Shown here: piece after piece, positions 25,516 through 38,235 of the stretch
Layout: every line of letters begins with the position of its first letter
How positions within the stretch are numbered: position 1 is the stretch's first letter
From: Mobula hypostoma
Taxonomy: Eukaryota
NCBI RefSeq assembly: GCF_963921235.1
Contig: NC_086097.1
Coordinates: forward strand, 100,442,001 to 100,506,000
Length of the DNA: 64,000 nucleotides
Direction of reading: 5' to 3'
Made by a program: the position numbers and the translations under genes
Notes under the pieces: model-generated
The model's database searches: none
What the model saw: only the letters and a program-made list of their open reading frames with translations
What the model was told of the DNA's origin: nothing

Positions 25516-26870
25516 TCCTTCACATACATGACGAGTAAAAATCTTATGCTATGTCTCTGTCTAAATCTGCAATGTGCAATGTGCAATCACAGTAATTTAT
25601 AATAATTTATAATAAATAGAACAGTCAATGTAATATAGGGTTCACTCAAATCAGTGTGAGTTAATCAGTCTGATGGCCTGGTGGAAGAAGCTGTCCCGGA
25701 ACCTGTTGGTCCTGGATTTTATGCTGCGGTACCATTTCCTGGATGATAGCAGCTAGAATAGATTGTGGTTGGGGTGACTCGGGTCCCTAATGATCCTTCG
25801 GGCCCTTTTTACACACCTGTCCTTGTAAATGTTCTGAACTATGGGAAGTTCACAACTACAGATATGCTGGGCTGTCCGCACCACTCTCTGCAGAGTCCTG
25901 CGATTAAAGGAAGTTCAGTTCCCATACCAGGCAGTGATGCAGCCAGTCAGGATGCTCTCAATTGTGCCCCTGTAGAAAGTCCTTAGGATTTGAGTGTCCA
26001 TACCAAACTTCCTCAGCTGTCTGAGGTGAAAGAGGCACTGTTGTGCCTTTTTCACCACATAGCCTGTATGTACAGACCACGTGAGATCCTCAGTGATGTG
26101 GATGCTGAGGAACTTAAAGCTGTTTACCCTGTCAACCCCAGATCCAGTGATGTCAATAGGGGTTAGCCCGTCTCCATTCCTCCTGTAGTCCACCACCAGT
26201 TCCTTTGTTTTTGCGACATTGAGGGAGAGGTTGCTTTCTTGACACCACTGTGTCAGAGAGATGACTTCTTCCCTGTAGGCCACCTCATTATTGTTTGAGA
26301 TTAGGCCAATCAATGTAGTGTCGTCAGCAAATTTAATTAGCAGATTAGAGCTGAGGGTGGCGACATAGTCATGGGTATACAGGGAGTAAAGGAGGAGACT
26401 CAGTACACAGCCCTGAGGGGCTCCTGTATTAAGAGTCAGAGGGTTGGAAGGGAGGGAGCCCGTTCTTACAACTTGCTGGCGATCTGACAGGAAGTCCAGG
26501 ATCCAGCTGCACAAGGCAGGGTTGAGGCTGAGGTCTCTGAGCTTCTTGTTGAGTCAGGATGGAACTATGGTGTTGAATGCTGAGCTATAGTCCAAGAACA
26601 GCATTCTCACATAAGCATCCTTCTTCTCCAGATGTCTAAGGATAGTGTACAGAACAGTGGCTATTACGTCATCTGTCGATCGGTCATATCAGTAGGCGAA
26701 TTGTAGGGGTCCAGTTTGGGTGGTAGCAAGCTGCAGATGTAATCCTTGACCAATCTCTCAAAGCATTTGCTTATTATTGAGGTGAGTGCAACAGGATGCC
26801 AGTCATTTAGGCATGGTACCTTGGTACAGGGACAATGGCGGATAATTTGAAGCAGGAGGGCACTTTACAC
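25516..26870 (-). mobile_element. Rex1/Babar-like LINE RT fragment whose 3' tail lies at 22597-22622
   Basis: CSWILDFLSDRQQVVR, NTGAPQGCVLS, IKFADDTTLIGLI, KTKELVVDYRR. Confidence 0.85.
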
Positions 26871-27921
26871 TGGTATAGGGAAAGATTAAAAATCTAAATG
26901 CAAGCAGGCATTTTCCACTGAGGTTGTGTGACACTACAACTAGAGGTCAAAGGTTAAGGGTGAAAGATGAACTGTTTAAGGGGAATATGTGGGGGAGCCT
27001 CTCCACTCAGAGGGAGGTGAGAGTGTGGAATAAGCTGCCAGCTAAGTGGTGTATGCAGAGTCATTGTCAATATTTGAGAACAATTTGCGTAGATATATGG
27101 ATGGGAAGGGTATGGAGAGCTGTGGTCAGGCTACAGGTCAATGGGACTAGGCAGATTAATGGTGTGGCATGGGCTAGATGGGCCAAAGGGCCTGTTTTTG
27201 TGCTGTACTGTTCTATGACTCTATGACACTATCTGCACATTGAAATATGCAGTGAAATGCTTGGTCTGTGGCTAATGATTGAGGTGCTTGTAGGGTTCCA
27301 CGTTCAAACAGCTGGAGAGCTGTACAGATCAATTCAAAGCCAGGCACCTGTAGGTCTACCCCTGCCGTTTGGAGACTTCAGGCTTCTGCATCTCCTCCCT
27401 GGCAGAAGCAGCGAGAAGATGACGTGACCCTGATGGTTATGCCTTCTCCTTGGAGATGTCTGTGGTGGGAGGACTGGCCTATGATAGGCTGGGCTGTGCC
27501 CACTATTCTCTGCAGCTCTCGTGTTCCTGTATAAGGTAATTACTGCAGCCGTCCACAATGCAACCTGTCAGGAGGCACTCGAGAGTACATCGTGGCTTTG
27601 TATACAGCGTAGTACAGAAACAACAGGGCCATGTTAATACGTTATTGAAGACTGGTTAGGTTGTAAACCAGTGAGTGAGGGACGTGGAGCTCTGTGGTTC
27701 AGTTACAGGAATAGTGTGCCAGCACTGATGGGATAAATTACTGCTGATCTCACTGCACCACATTCTGTGTCCCTCCACTCAGACAGGTTGTGGGCAGAGT
27801 GGAGGAGAGGCACGGGTGGGCTGGGTTGAACTGCCTCCATCTGCACAGGAGAATCACGTGTCCCAGTGTCTCACCCTTCGGCTCCCAGTCAGTTTTGTTC
27901 CTGTGGATACCTGATCCTTAC

Positions 27922-28040
27922 CTTTCCAGCGCAGACTCCGTGTGGATGCACCCGGCTGTTTCTGCCGCCGCCGTTGGGAATGCTTAACCCAAGGCTCATT
28001 CCTTGTCCCTGTGGCTTACCCCAGAGGGAAGAGGGGTTTC
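27922..28040 (-). CDS. Candidate internal exon (NPSSLWGKPQGQGMSLGLSIPNGGGRNSRVHPHGVCAGK)
   Basis: Strong donor AAG|GTAAGG; acceptor after tcctcctctacccctc...gtcag; phase 1 to 0; upstream acceptors are also possible. Confidence 0.4.
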
Positions 28041-28248
28041 CTGACTCAGTGCCGAGGGGTAGAGGAGGAACCTGTGGCCACAGGGCAACCCAGCCAGGGG
28101 GTTTCAGGGTCACGCTCTGCAGCCACAACTCTCTGACAAACAGAGGTGCCTTTTCACTTGCTATTGATTGGCAGAATGGCACTGACCAGGCTATCACTCA
28201 CAGTCCTCCCTCCAGCCTTTAAACTGCAGGTAAATCACAGACCACGGG

Positions 28249-29610
28249 TGTCATGTTTCCCCACTCCAAAACATAAAAACTAATGGAAAGGAAAACGAGA
28301 GAGCCAGGAATGTGAGACCAACTTCGATTTTACTTCAAGTGACACGTGCACGTATCATTTGGTGGCATGATGACATATTCAATTTACGTACTTTTACATA
28401 CCGTATAACCTATAATGAATTATTTAAATGAACAAGAATGCTTAATCAAACAATATGTCACTCAAACATTACTGAACATCACAACCCTCCTCCCTGCTTA
28501 GCTATAAACTCCAACTCAACATAGAATACATCTCAACTCTACACACAGTATACTATATACAGACATCCACAGCATAATAAATCTTAGACTGTCCCATTGA
28601 GGTCTAAGTATTTCATCACTGTGGAGGATTTCTTACTCATCTGGGATAATGTCTTCCCTGACAGTTGGGGGTGGAGTGGGGAAGGTGACGGGGAGGTCAC
28701 TGCTCGGAAGGTGAGACTTGTGGCTGAGAACCAACCTCAGGTTCTGGGGCCTCCTCCATGGTGGTTGTTGGAGTTGTCTTTGTATTTATTTATTTCTTAC
28801 ATCCAGGGGAGTAAAAATCTTTGTGTCGCAATGTACACGTAATGAAGGGGGGAAATGTGGGAGGATATTGCCCAAACACTAAGATTGTATACATGATTGT
28901 TCTGTGTACATGTGTACAGGCAGATATGCAATCAGATCAATGTGTATTGATAAATCTGACGGCCTGGTGTAAGAAACTATCCCGGAGCCTGTTGGTCTTG
29001 ACTTTAGTGTCGTAGTACCATTTGCCAGATGGTAGCAGCTGAAACAGTTCATGGTTGGGGTGGCTGGAGTCCCTAGTGATCCTTCGGCCCTTTTTACACA
29101 CCTGCTGTAAGTGTCCCGAACAGAGGAAAGTTCACATTCACAGATGTGCTCGGCTGTCTGCACCGCTCTGAAGTGACTTCAGGGACTTCCGGAAGTGGTT
29201 CTGACAGCTCTGAACACCTTTATTCTCGAACAATTGACCCTGCTCTCCTCAACTGATCGAAGTGTCATCTCAGAAAACATCAGACACAATCTCCACTGTA
29301 CAGGAGAGTGGTCCAGTTCTGTCCTTAATCTTACCAAGTACCCACTTTTGATCATCTCTGTAGTCCCTTATTAGGACTGCCTGTTCAGGAGTGAAACATC
29401 GATCCTCCTTGTTTGAGGAGCCCTTAGTTTGTCTCAGTTGTTTGTCCTGCATATTCCTTCTGAAACTGGGTTTGAGGAGATCCAAGCGTGAGTGTGAGGG
29501 ACAACCCAGGAACAACATGGCTGGTGAGTTGTTTGTTGTGGAGTGTGCTGCGCTGCAATATGCAAGGAGGAAATTGGTGAGCTTCTGATTCAGAGTATTT
29601 GCTCTCATAA
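28249..29610 (-). mobile_element. Gypsy 3' fragment (integrase C-terminus, PPT, LTR 28249-28483), interrupted by a Rex1-like 3' end (~28780-29170)
   Basis: LNQKLTNFLLAY...SPAMLFLG...SRLDLLKP...KWVLGKIKDRTGPLS; polypurine tract at 28485-28494; LTR similar to that of the 12.3-18 kb element. Confidence 0.75.
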
Positions 29611-29889
29611 GATGTATCTGAAAAGACAGAAAATAAATGGACAGAAAATGTATTTTTTTTCTCAAATTGCATTTCCTGGTGACATAGGAAATTGCGATAT
29701 GGATGGTTTTGTCTGGATGCCATCTCCCGTACACACAGGGTCACCTGTATATGGGGAATGTTAGTGGGGAATGGTGTTCTGTGAGTCAGTATGGGTCAAA
29801 TAGCTTCCTTCTGTGCTGTAAGGAAATCATGTAAATATGGGAAAGGTCAGGCAGCATTAGAGGAATGAGGAACAGGATCTGCGAATGGT

Positions 29890-32138
29890 ATACGGAGACT
29901 ATCCTTGCAGGATGTAAAGGTGAAGAGAGGGACAGAGTCAGGAAGTGACCACTACCTGTTGTAGCAGTGATGAAACTCAAGCTGAGAAGCATGAAGACCA
30001 GAACACATGTACAAAGGCATTTTGATGTTGAAAGCTCAAGGAAACCAGTGTGAGATCTGCCTTCACCGTTCGGCTTAAGAACAGATTCCAGGCTTTGCAA
30101 GACTTGACGAGGATGTGTCAGTGGACAAGATCGACACAACGTGGAAACGGATTGCCTCAGTCTTTAAGGAGAGCAGCGAGGCTTGTCTAGGATACAGAGC
30201 TGGAATGAAGAACAAAGAATGGATACAGCAGGAAACATGGACAGCCTCAGAAGAAAGACAGAAAATTAAGAGGAAAGTGTTAGATGCAAAGTCAACATGA
30301 ATTAAAGAGAAACGTCAATTAGCATACACTGAAGCTAACAAGAAAGTGAAGAGTCTTTTAGAAAGGATAAGAGAGTCTATGTGGAAGACCTTGCAGAGGA
30401 GTCTGAAGCAGAGGCCAGTTGAGGTGATCAGGGAAATATATACAAGATTTCAAAATTAGTATGCAGAAAGTTCCAGGCCAGATCCAGTGGTGCTGTGAAA
30501 GACGAGAATGGTCTGCTTTTGTCAACTGAGAAAGAGCAAAAAGTACGATGGACAGAGTATTTCAGAGAATTACTGAATAGATCACCACCAGATGAAGAAC
30601 CTGACATACAAGAGGCAACAGAGGACATCAACACAGATCTACCCAAGAAAGCAGAGATTGTTGCTGCAATTTAATCATTAAAGAACAGCAAAACTGCAGG
30701 ACATGACTATTTGAAGTCGAAGCTGTTCAAAGCTGAACCAAAAGTTGCAGCAGCCATCCTGCAATCACAGTTTGCCACAATCTGGGAATGGGGATAAGTG
30801 CCCAAAAACTGGACAAAGAGGGTTGTTGTTAGGATCCCCAAGAAAGGAGCACTAAGTGATTGCAACAACTGGCGTGGCATCACACTTCTGTCGGTGCCCA
30901 ACAAGATCCTCGCCAAAGTCATTGTTCAGTGAATTACAGATGCTGTTTATGTGTGCTCGAGGCAAGAGCAAGCTGGCATCAGGAGAAAGAGAAGCTGTGT
31001 CGACCAGATCCTCTCGCTACGTAACATCATAGAATAGTGCACAGACTGGCAGAAACAATTGTATGTGAATTTTGTGGACTCTGAAAAAGCTTTTGATAGC
31101 ATTCACAGGGAAACCCTCTGGCGAATTCTCAGGTCATACTGAATCCCTTCCAAAATTGTCCACCTTATCCAGAGTTTCTATGCTAACTTCACCTGCACGG
31201 TTAGGGACTGCAATTTGGAGCTTTGAAGTCAAGACAGGAGTCAGGCAAGGTTCTTTAATGTTGACGATATTATTTAACCTGGTGATTGACTGGGTTGGGA
31301 GGCAAACAATGAAAGATAAGCCGAGAGGCATCAGGTGGACACTGTTCTCTACTTTAGAAGAGCTTGACTTTGCGATGACCTCACATTACACCAGCACATG
31401 CAAGAGAAAACTCGGTGCCTGTGTACCTTTGGTGGACAGGCTGGACTTGGAGTCAGCCAGAGAAAGTCTGAGACCATGGCACTCAGTGTAGAGTCTCCTC
31501 CTCCTGTCAAGGCTTATGGCCTCCGCTTAGCCAGCACCAGCAGATTCACCTACCTGGGCAACATCATTCGGCAGGATGGTGGGACCAAGGACAGCATCCA
31601 GTGCAGACTCAGCAAAGCTTGAGATGTCTTCAGATCAATGAGCATACAGGGGTTAACCAAGTACAATGTCCACGCCAAGGTGAAGCTGTATCTGAGCTGT
31701 GTCTGTCTACACTCTAGTACGGGTCAGAATGCTGGTGCGTGATAGGGAATGACCTTGCCAAACTGTCATCATTTCACACCATGAGCTTCCGGAAGATCTG
31801 CCATATTTTCTGGCCAAGAAAGATCTCCAACCATGCCCTGCTCCTTCAGCGTCAGCAAGAGGACACGGGCCACAATCATCATGAGGAAACGCCGGAGATG
31901 GGTTGGGCACATGATGAGAAGAGGGGCAACTCCATCATCAAGACAACACTTGATTGGACCCTTGAAGGAAATGTGGGAGACCAAAGACAACTTGGCTCCA
32001 TACCGTCGAGGCAGAAATGAGGAGCCTGAACCACACCTGGGGCAGAATAGAGAAGATGGCCAAAGACAGACAGAGATGGAGAACCTTCATTGCTACCCAA
32101 AACACCTGCGGCGTAACGGGCATTTGATGATGATGATG
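29890..32138 (+). mobile_element. Decayed RTE-clade LINE
   Basis: PKKGALSDCNNWRGITLLSVPNKIL, VKTGVRQG, RGIRWTLFSTLEELDFA, RRWVGHMMRR; (GAT)n tail at ~32126-32138. Confidence 0.85.
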
Positions 32139-32854
32139 AATTCACAAATCACTACCCCAAAAAAATTGAGATATGAAATAAAATTTACTCACATAGAATT
32201 TATCTGAAAAGACAGTAAATAAAGTGACCGAATTTTTTGTTTCAATTTGTATTTGCTGATGACATGGGAAATTGCGATTGGGTGGTTTTGTTGGGACACC
32301 ACTGAGGATCACCTGTACATGGGGAATGGAGTTGCTCCATCAGCCAGTACAGACTCAATAGGCTAAATGCCTTCCCAATGTGCCAAGAGGAAATCATGAA
32401 AATATGACAAATGTCAGGCGGCATTAGTGGAATGGGGAACGGGATCTGAAACCTGAAACCTTGACTCTGTTGCTATCACTACAGGTACCTGATGCGTATC
32501 CCCAGTATTCACAGCTCACGTTGCCTCTGCTTCTACATCACAGTGGGTTGCCCAGTATGATAATCTCTGACCATTCTCCCCTCTCTGGCTCGACTGTCAG
32601 TTACCTGACACCTGAGTCCTGCTCACTGGGTCTGTTACCACACCTCTGCATGGCCTCACAGCGCTGGGAGCAATCCCTGCTTCTTTGGCACCCCACTTCT
32701 CTAACCCAAACCCCGAATCCAGGCCATCACCCTCTTGAACAGATGCCCTCACCCCATCCTGTGGCTTCTCCAATTACCCAAGATCGGTCTCAAGCTAAGA
32801 TCAAGGACATTCTCCAAGGCCGCCTGACCTTGAAATATAATCACTTCTTCTTAC

Positions 32855-33059
32855 TTCTGCTGAATGCAGCCTGCTGCTTTTTGCTCGCCATGGCAGCAGT
32901 TTCCATGGTAACTGCTGGCTGAGGTGGATATTGCGCAGTAGCGCAGTTTAAGGCATCAGAATGGTCGCTGGGTCCTGTGTTGTTTGAAGGCAGGAGATGA
33001 GTGATATTGGAGAGGGACAGCTGGCTGCACAGATGTGCCCCAGCTGTCGGCCCTCGGAC
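32855..33059 (-). CDS. Candidate exon (VRGPTAG...AVTMETAAMASKKQQAAFSR)
   Basis: Acceptor ttctcctgtctccactggtgctctcag, donor GTAAGA; only one frame is open; two ATGs in Kozak context (ACCATGG, GCCATGG). Confidence 0.45.
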
Positions 33060-33354
33060 CTGAGAGCACCAGTGGAGACAGGAGAAGAGGATTAAACCTC
33101 CCACGCTAAGGCTAGGATTGGCAACAGCTTCCGTTCACCGAGTATGCACAGAATCCTAAACAGAATCTCCAAGCATTTCCTATCTGGCCTGCCCACATCT
33201 TATCTGTAAACACTTCTGGAATGATTAGAATTAACCTCAGCACCTGAACTTGGCTCTCTGCATGGCTTTAAGGTGGACGTCATGGAATCATAAAGCATGG
33301 AGACAGGCCTTTCAGACTGCTGTCTGCACTGACCCAGTTACACTGACAGCATTT

Positions 33355-36300
33355 TGTTCTAGAGGAACACAACCTTATCTTCTGAGTAGTTTACAACCGA
33401 ACAAGAGTTTTCAGTAAACTGCTTCCCCTATTCCACTTCTCCCTCTCCCGATCTACTCACTTCTTCTTACCCTCACCCCAACCTCCACACCCCCTTGTTT
33501 CTTTCCCACTTCAACTGCAGCCTCTGTCATTATTCCCACTCTCCCCTCTTCCATCTGCCTATCACTCTTTTCACTGGGATCCACCTATCATCTCCCAGCC
33601 TCTGTCATCATTCCCACTCTCCCCCCTTCCATCTGCCTGTCACCCTTTTCACCAGGATCCACCTATCATCTCCCAGCCTCTGTCACCATTCCCACTCTCC
33701 ATCTGCCTATCACTCTTTTCACTGGGATCCACCTATCATCTCCCAGCCTCTGTCATCATTTCCACTCTCCATCTGCCTATCACTCTTTTCACTGGGATCC
33801 ACCTATCATCTCCCAGCCTCTGTCATCATTCCCACTCTCCATCTGCCTGTTACCCTTTTCACCAGGATCCACCTATCATCTCCCAGCCTCTGTCACCATT
33901 CTCACTCTCCCCCCTTCCATCTGCCTGTCACCCTTTTCACCAGGATCCACCTATCACCTCCCAGCCTCTGTCACCATTCCCACTCTCCATCTGCCTATCA
34001 CTCTTTTCACTGGGATCCACCTATCATCTCCCAGACTCTGTCACCATTCCCACTCTCCCCCCTTCCATCTGCCTGTCACCCTTTTCACCAGGATCCACCT
34101 ATCATCTCCCAGCCTCTGTCATCATTCCCACTCTCCATCTGCCTGTTACCCTTTTCACCAGGATCCACCTATCATCTCCCAGCCTCTGTCACCATTCCCA
34201 CTCTCCATCTGCCTATCACTCTTTTCACTGGGATCCACCTATCATCTCACAGCCTCTGTCACCATTCCCACTCTCCATCTGCCTGTCATCCTTTTCACCA
34301 GGATCCACCTATCACCTCCCAGCCTCTGTCACCATTCCCACTCTCCATCTGCCTGTCACCCTTTTCACTGGGATTCACCTATCATCTCCCAGCCTCTGTC
34401 ACCATTCCCACTCACCCCCCTTCCATCTGCCTGTCACCCTTTTCACCAGGATCCACCTATCATCTCCCAGCCTCTTTCACCATTCCCACTTTCCATCTGC
34501 CTGTCACCCTTTTCACTGGGATCCACCTATCATCTCCCAGCCTCTGTCACCATTCCCACTTTCCATCTGCCTGTCACCCTTTTCACCAGGATCCACCTAT
34601 CATCTCCCAGCCTCTGTCACCATTCCCACTCTCCATCTGCCTATCACTCTTTTCACTGGGATCCACCTATCATCTCCCAGCCTCTGTCACCATTCCCACT
34701 CTCCCCCCTTCCATCTGCCTGTTACCCTTTTCACCAGGATCCACCTATCATCTCCCAGCCTCTGTCACCATTCTCACTCTCCCCCCTTCCATCTGCCTGT
34801 CACCCTTTTCCCCAGGATCCACCTATCACCTCCCAGCCTCTGTCACCATTCCCACTCTCCATCTGCCTATCACTCTTTTCACTGGGATCCACCTATCATC
34901 TCCCAGCCTCTGTCACCATTCCCACTCTCCATCTGCCTATCACTCTTTTCACTGGGATCCACCTATCATCTCCCAGCCTCTGTCACCATTCCCACTCTCC
35001 ATCTGCCTATCACTCTTTTCACTGGGATCCACCTATCATCTCCCAGCCTCTGTCATCATTTCCACTCTCCATCTGCCTGTTACCCTTTTCACCAGGATCC
35101 ACCTATCATCTCCCAGCCTCTGTCACCATTCTCACTCTCCCCCCTTCCATCTGCCTGTTACCCTTTTCACCAGGATCCACCTATCACCTCCCAGCCTCTG
35201 TCACCATTCCCACTCTCCATCTGCCTATCACTCTTTTCACTGGGATCCACCTATCATCTCCCAGACTCTGTCACCATTCCCACTCTCCCCCCTTCCATCT
35301 GCCTGTCACCCTTTTCACCAGGATCCACCTATCATCTCCCAGCCTCTGTCATCATTCCCACTCTCCATCTGCCTGTTACCCTTTTCACCAGGATCCACCT
35401 ATCATCTCCCAGCCTCTGTCACCATTCCCACTCTCCATCTGCCTATCACTCTTTTCACTGGGATCCACCTATCATCTCCCAGCCTCTGTCACCATTCCCA
35501 CTCTCCATCTGCCTGTCACCCTTTTCACCAGGATCCACCTATCACCTCCCAGCCTCTGTCACCATTCCCACTCTCCCCCATTCCATCTGCCTGTCACCCT
35601 TTTCACCAGGATCCACCTATCATCTCCCAGCCTCTGTCACCATTCCCACTCTCCCCCCTTCCATCTGCCTGTCACCCTTTTCACCAGGATCCACCTATCA
35701 TCTCCCAGCCTCTTTCACCATTCCCACTTTCCATCTGCCTGTCACCCTTTTCACTGGGATCCACCTATCATCTCCCAGCCTCTGTCACCATTCCCACTTT
35801 CCATCTGCCTGTCACCCTTTTCACCAGGATCCACCTATCATCTCCCAGCCTCTGTCACCATTCCCACTCTCCATCTGCCTATCACTCTTTTCACTGGGAT
35901 CCACCTATCATCTCCCAGCCTCTGTCACCATTCCCACTCTCCATCTGCCTATCACTCTTTTCACTGGGATCCACCTATCATATCCCAGCCTCTGTCACCA
36001 TTCCCACTCGCCATCTGCCTGTCACCCTTTTCACCAGGATCCACCTATCATCTCCCAGCCTCTGTCATCATTCACACTCTCCATCTGCCTGTTACCCTTT
36101 TCACCAGGATCCACCTATCATCTCCCAGCCTCTGTCACCATTCTCACTCTCCCCCCTTCCATCTGCCTGTCACCCTTTTCACCAGGATCCACCTATCACC
36201 TCCCAGCCTCTGTCACCATTCCCACTCTCCATCTGCCTATCACTCTTTTCACTGGGATCCACCTATCATCTCCCAGCCTCTGTCACCATTCCCACTCTCC

Positions 36301-38235
36301 ATCTGCCTATCACTCTTTTCACTGGGATCCACCTATCATCTCCCAGCCTCTGTCACCATTCCCACTCTCCATCTGCCTATCACTCTTTTCACTGGGATCC
36401 ACCTATCATCTCCCAGCCTCTGTCATCATTTCCACTCTCCATCTGCCTGTTACCCTTTTCACCAGGATCCACCTATCATCTCCCAGCCTCTGTCACCATT
36501 CTCACTCTCCCCCCTTCCATCTGCCTGTCACCATTTTCACCAGGATCCACCTATCATCTCCCAGCCTCTGTCATCATTCCCACTCTCCATCTGCCTGTCA
36601 CCCTTTTCACCAGGATCCACCTATCATCTCCCAGCCTCTGTCACCATTCCCACTCTCCATCTGCCTATCACTCTTTTCACTGGGATCCACCTATCATCTC
36701 ACAGCCTCTGTCACCATTCCCACTCTCCATCTGCCTATCACTCTTTTCACTGGGATCCACCTATCATCTCCCAGCCTCTGTCATCATTCCCACTCTCCAT
36801 CTGCCTGTTACCCTTTTCACCAGGATCCACCTATCATCTCCCAGCCTCTGTCACCATTCTCACTCTCCCCCCTTCCATCTGCCTGTCACCCTTTTCACCA
36901 GGATCCACCTATCACCTCCCAGCCTCTGTCACCATTCCCACTCTCCATCTGCCTATCACTCTTTTCACTGGGATCCACCTATCATCTCCCAGACTCTGTC
37001 ACCATTCCCACTCTCCCCCCTTCCATCTGCCTGTCACCCTTTTCACCAGGATCCACCTATCATCTCCCAGCCTCTGTCACCATTCTCACTCTCCCCGCTT
37101 CCATCTGCCTGTCACCCTTTTCACCAGGATCCACCTATCATCTCTCAGCCTCTGTCACCATTCCCACTCTCCATCTGCCTATCACTCTTTTCACTGGGAT
37201 CCACCTATCATCTCCCAGCCTCTGTCATCATTCCCACTCTCCATCTGCCTGTTACCCTTTTCACCAGGATCCACCTATCATCTCCCAGCCTCTGTCACCA
37301 TTCTCACTCTCCCCCCTTCCATCTGCCTGTCACCCTTTTCACCAGGATCCACCTATCACCTCCCAGCCTCTGTCACCATTCCCACTCTCCATCTGCCTAT
37401 CACTCTTTTCACTGGGATCCACCTATCATCTCCCAGACTCTGTCACCATTCCCACTCTCCCCCCTTCCATCTGCCTGTCACCCTTTTCACCAGGATCCAC
37501 CTATCACCTCCCAGCCTCTGTCACCATTCCCACTCTCCATCTGCCTATCACTCTTTTCACTGGGATCCACCTATCATCTCCCAGACTCTGTCACCATTCC
37601 CACTCTCCCCCCTTCCATCTGCCTGTCACCCTTTTCACCAGGATCCACCTATCACCTCCCAGCCTCTGTCACCATTCCCACTCTCCATCTGCCTATCACT
37701 CTTTTCACTGGGATCCACCTATCATCTCCCAGACTCTGTCACCATTCCCACTCTCCCCCCTTCCATCTGCCTGTCACCCTTTTCACCAGGATCCACCTAT
37801 CACCTCCCAGCCTCTGTCACCATTCCCACTCTCCATCTGCCTATCACTCTTTTCACTGGGATCCACCTATCATCTCCCAGACTCTGTCACCATTCCCACT
37901 CTCCCCCCTTCCATCTGCCTATCACTCTTTTCACCAGGATCCACCTATCACCTCCCAGCCTCTGTCACCATTCCCACTCTCTATCTGCCTGTCACCCTTT
38001 TCACCAGGATCCACCTATCATCTCTCAGCCTCTGTCACCATTCCCACTCTGCATCTGCCTGTCACCCTTTTCACCCAGATGCGCTATCCGGTGCCCCCCC
38101 CCACTGGTCCAAAGGGCCACGACACCGCTCCATACGAGTCATTCAGTCCAGACGAAGGATCTTGACCCAAAGCACCAGCTGTCCATTTCACTCCACAGAT
38201 GATGCTTGAGTTCTTCCAGAATTCTGTTTGTTGCC
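33355..38235 (+). mobile_element. Penelope-like element 3' end expanded by an internal satellite
   Basis: LEEHNLIF...LQP remnant at ~33359-33403; pseudo-LTR terminal block at ~38143-38235 similar to 3140-3235. Confidence 0.65.
33518..38077 (+). repeat. 70/78-bp tandem satellite, about 60 copies
   Basis: Unit GGATCCACCTATCATCTCCCAGCCTCTGTCACCATTCCCACTCT[CCCCCCTT]CCATCTGCCTRTCACYCTTTTCACYR; GGATCC sites spaced 70 or 78 bp apart. Confidence 0.95.

Larger units (their letters stand above)
21040..27230 (+). mobile_element. Decayed CR1 LINE (21040-22596 plus ~26875-27230) split by nested insertions
   Basis: CR1 ORF2 remnants (SQHGFVRGRSRLT, FADDT, FWSP); the sequence breaks after DLIEVHKIM and resumes with the CR1 3' end and TTCTATGACTCTATGA tail. 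Confidence 0.75.

Noticed and set aside
33495..38165. 1556-aa ORF as a protein-coding gene
   Set aside because: It is the translation of a G-poor 70/78-bp satellite that has almost no stop codons and cycles through all three frames of the unit.
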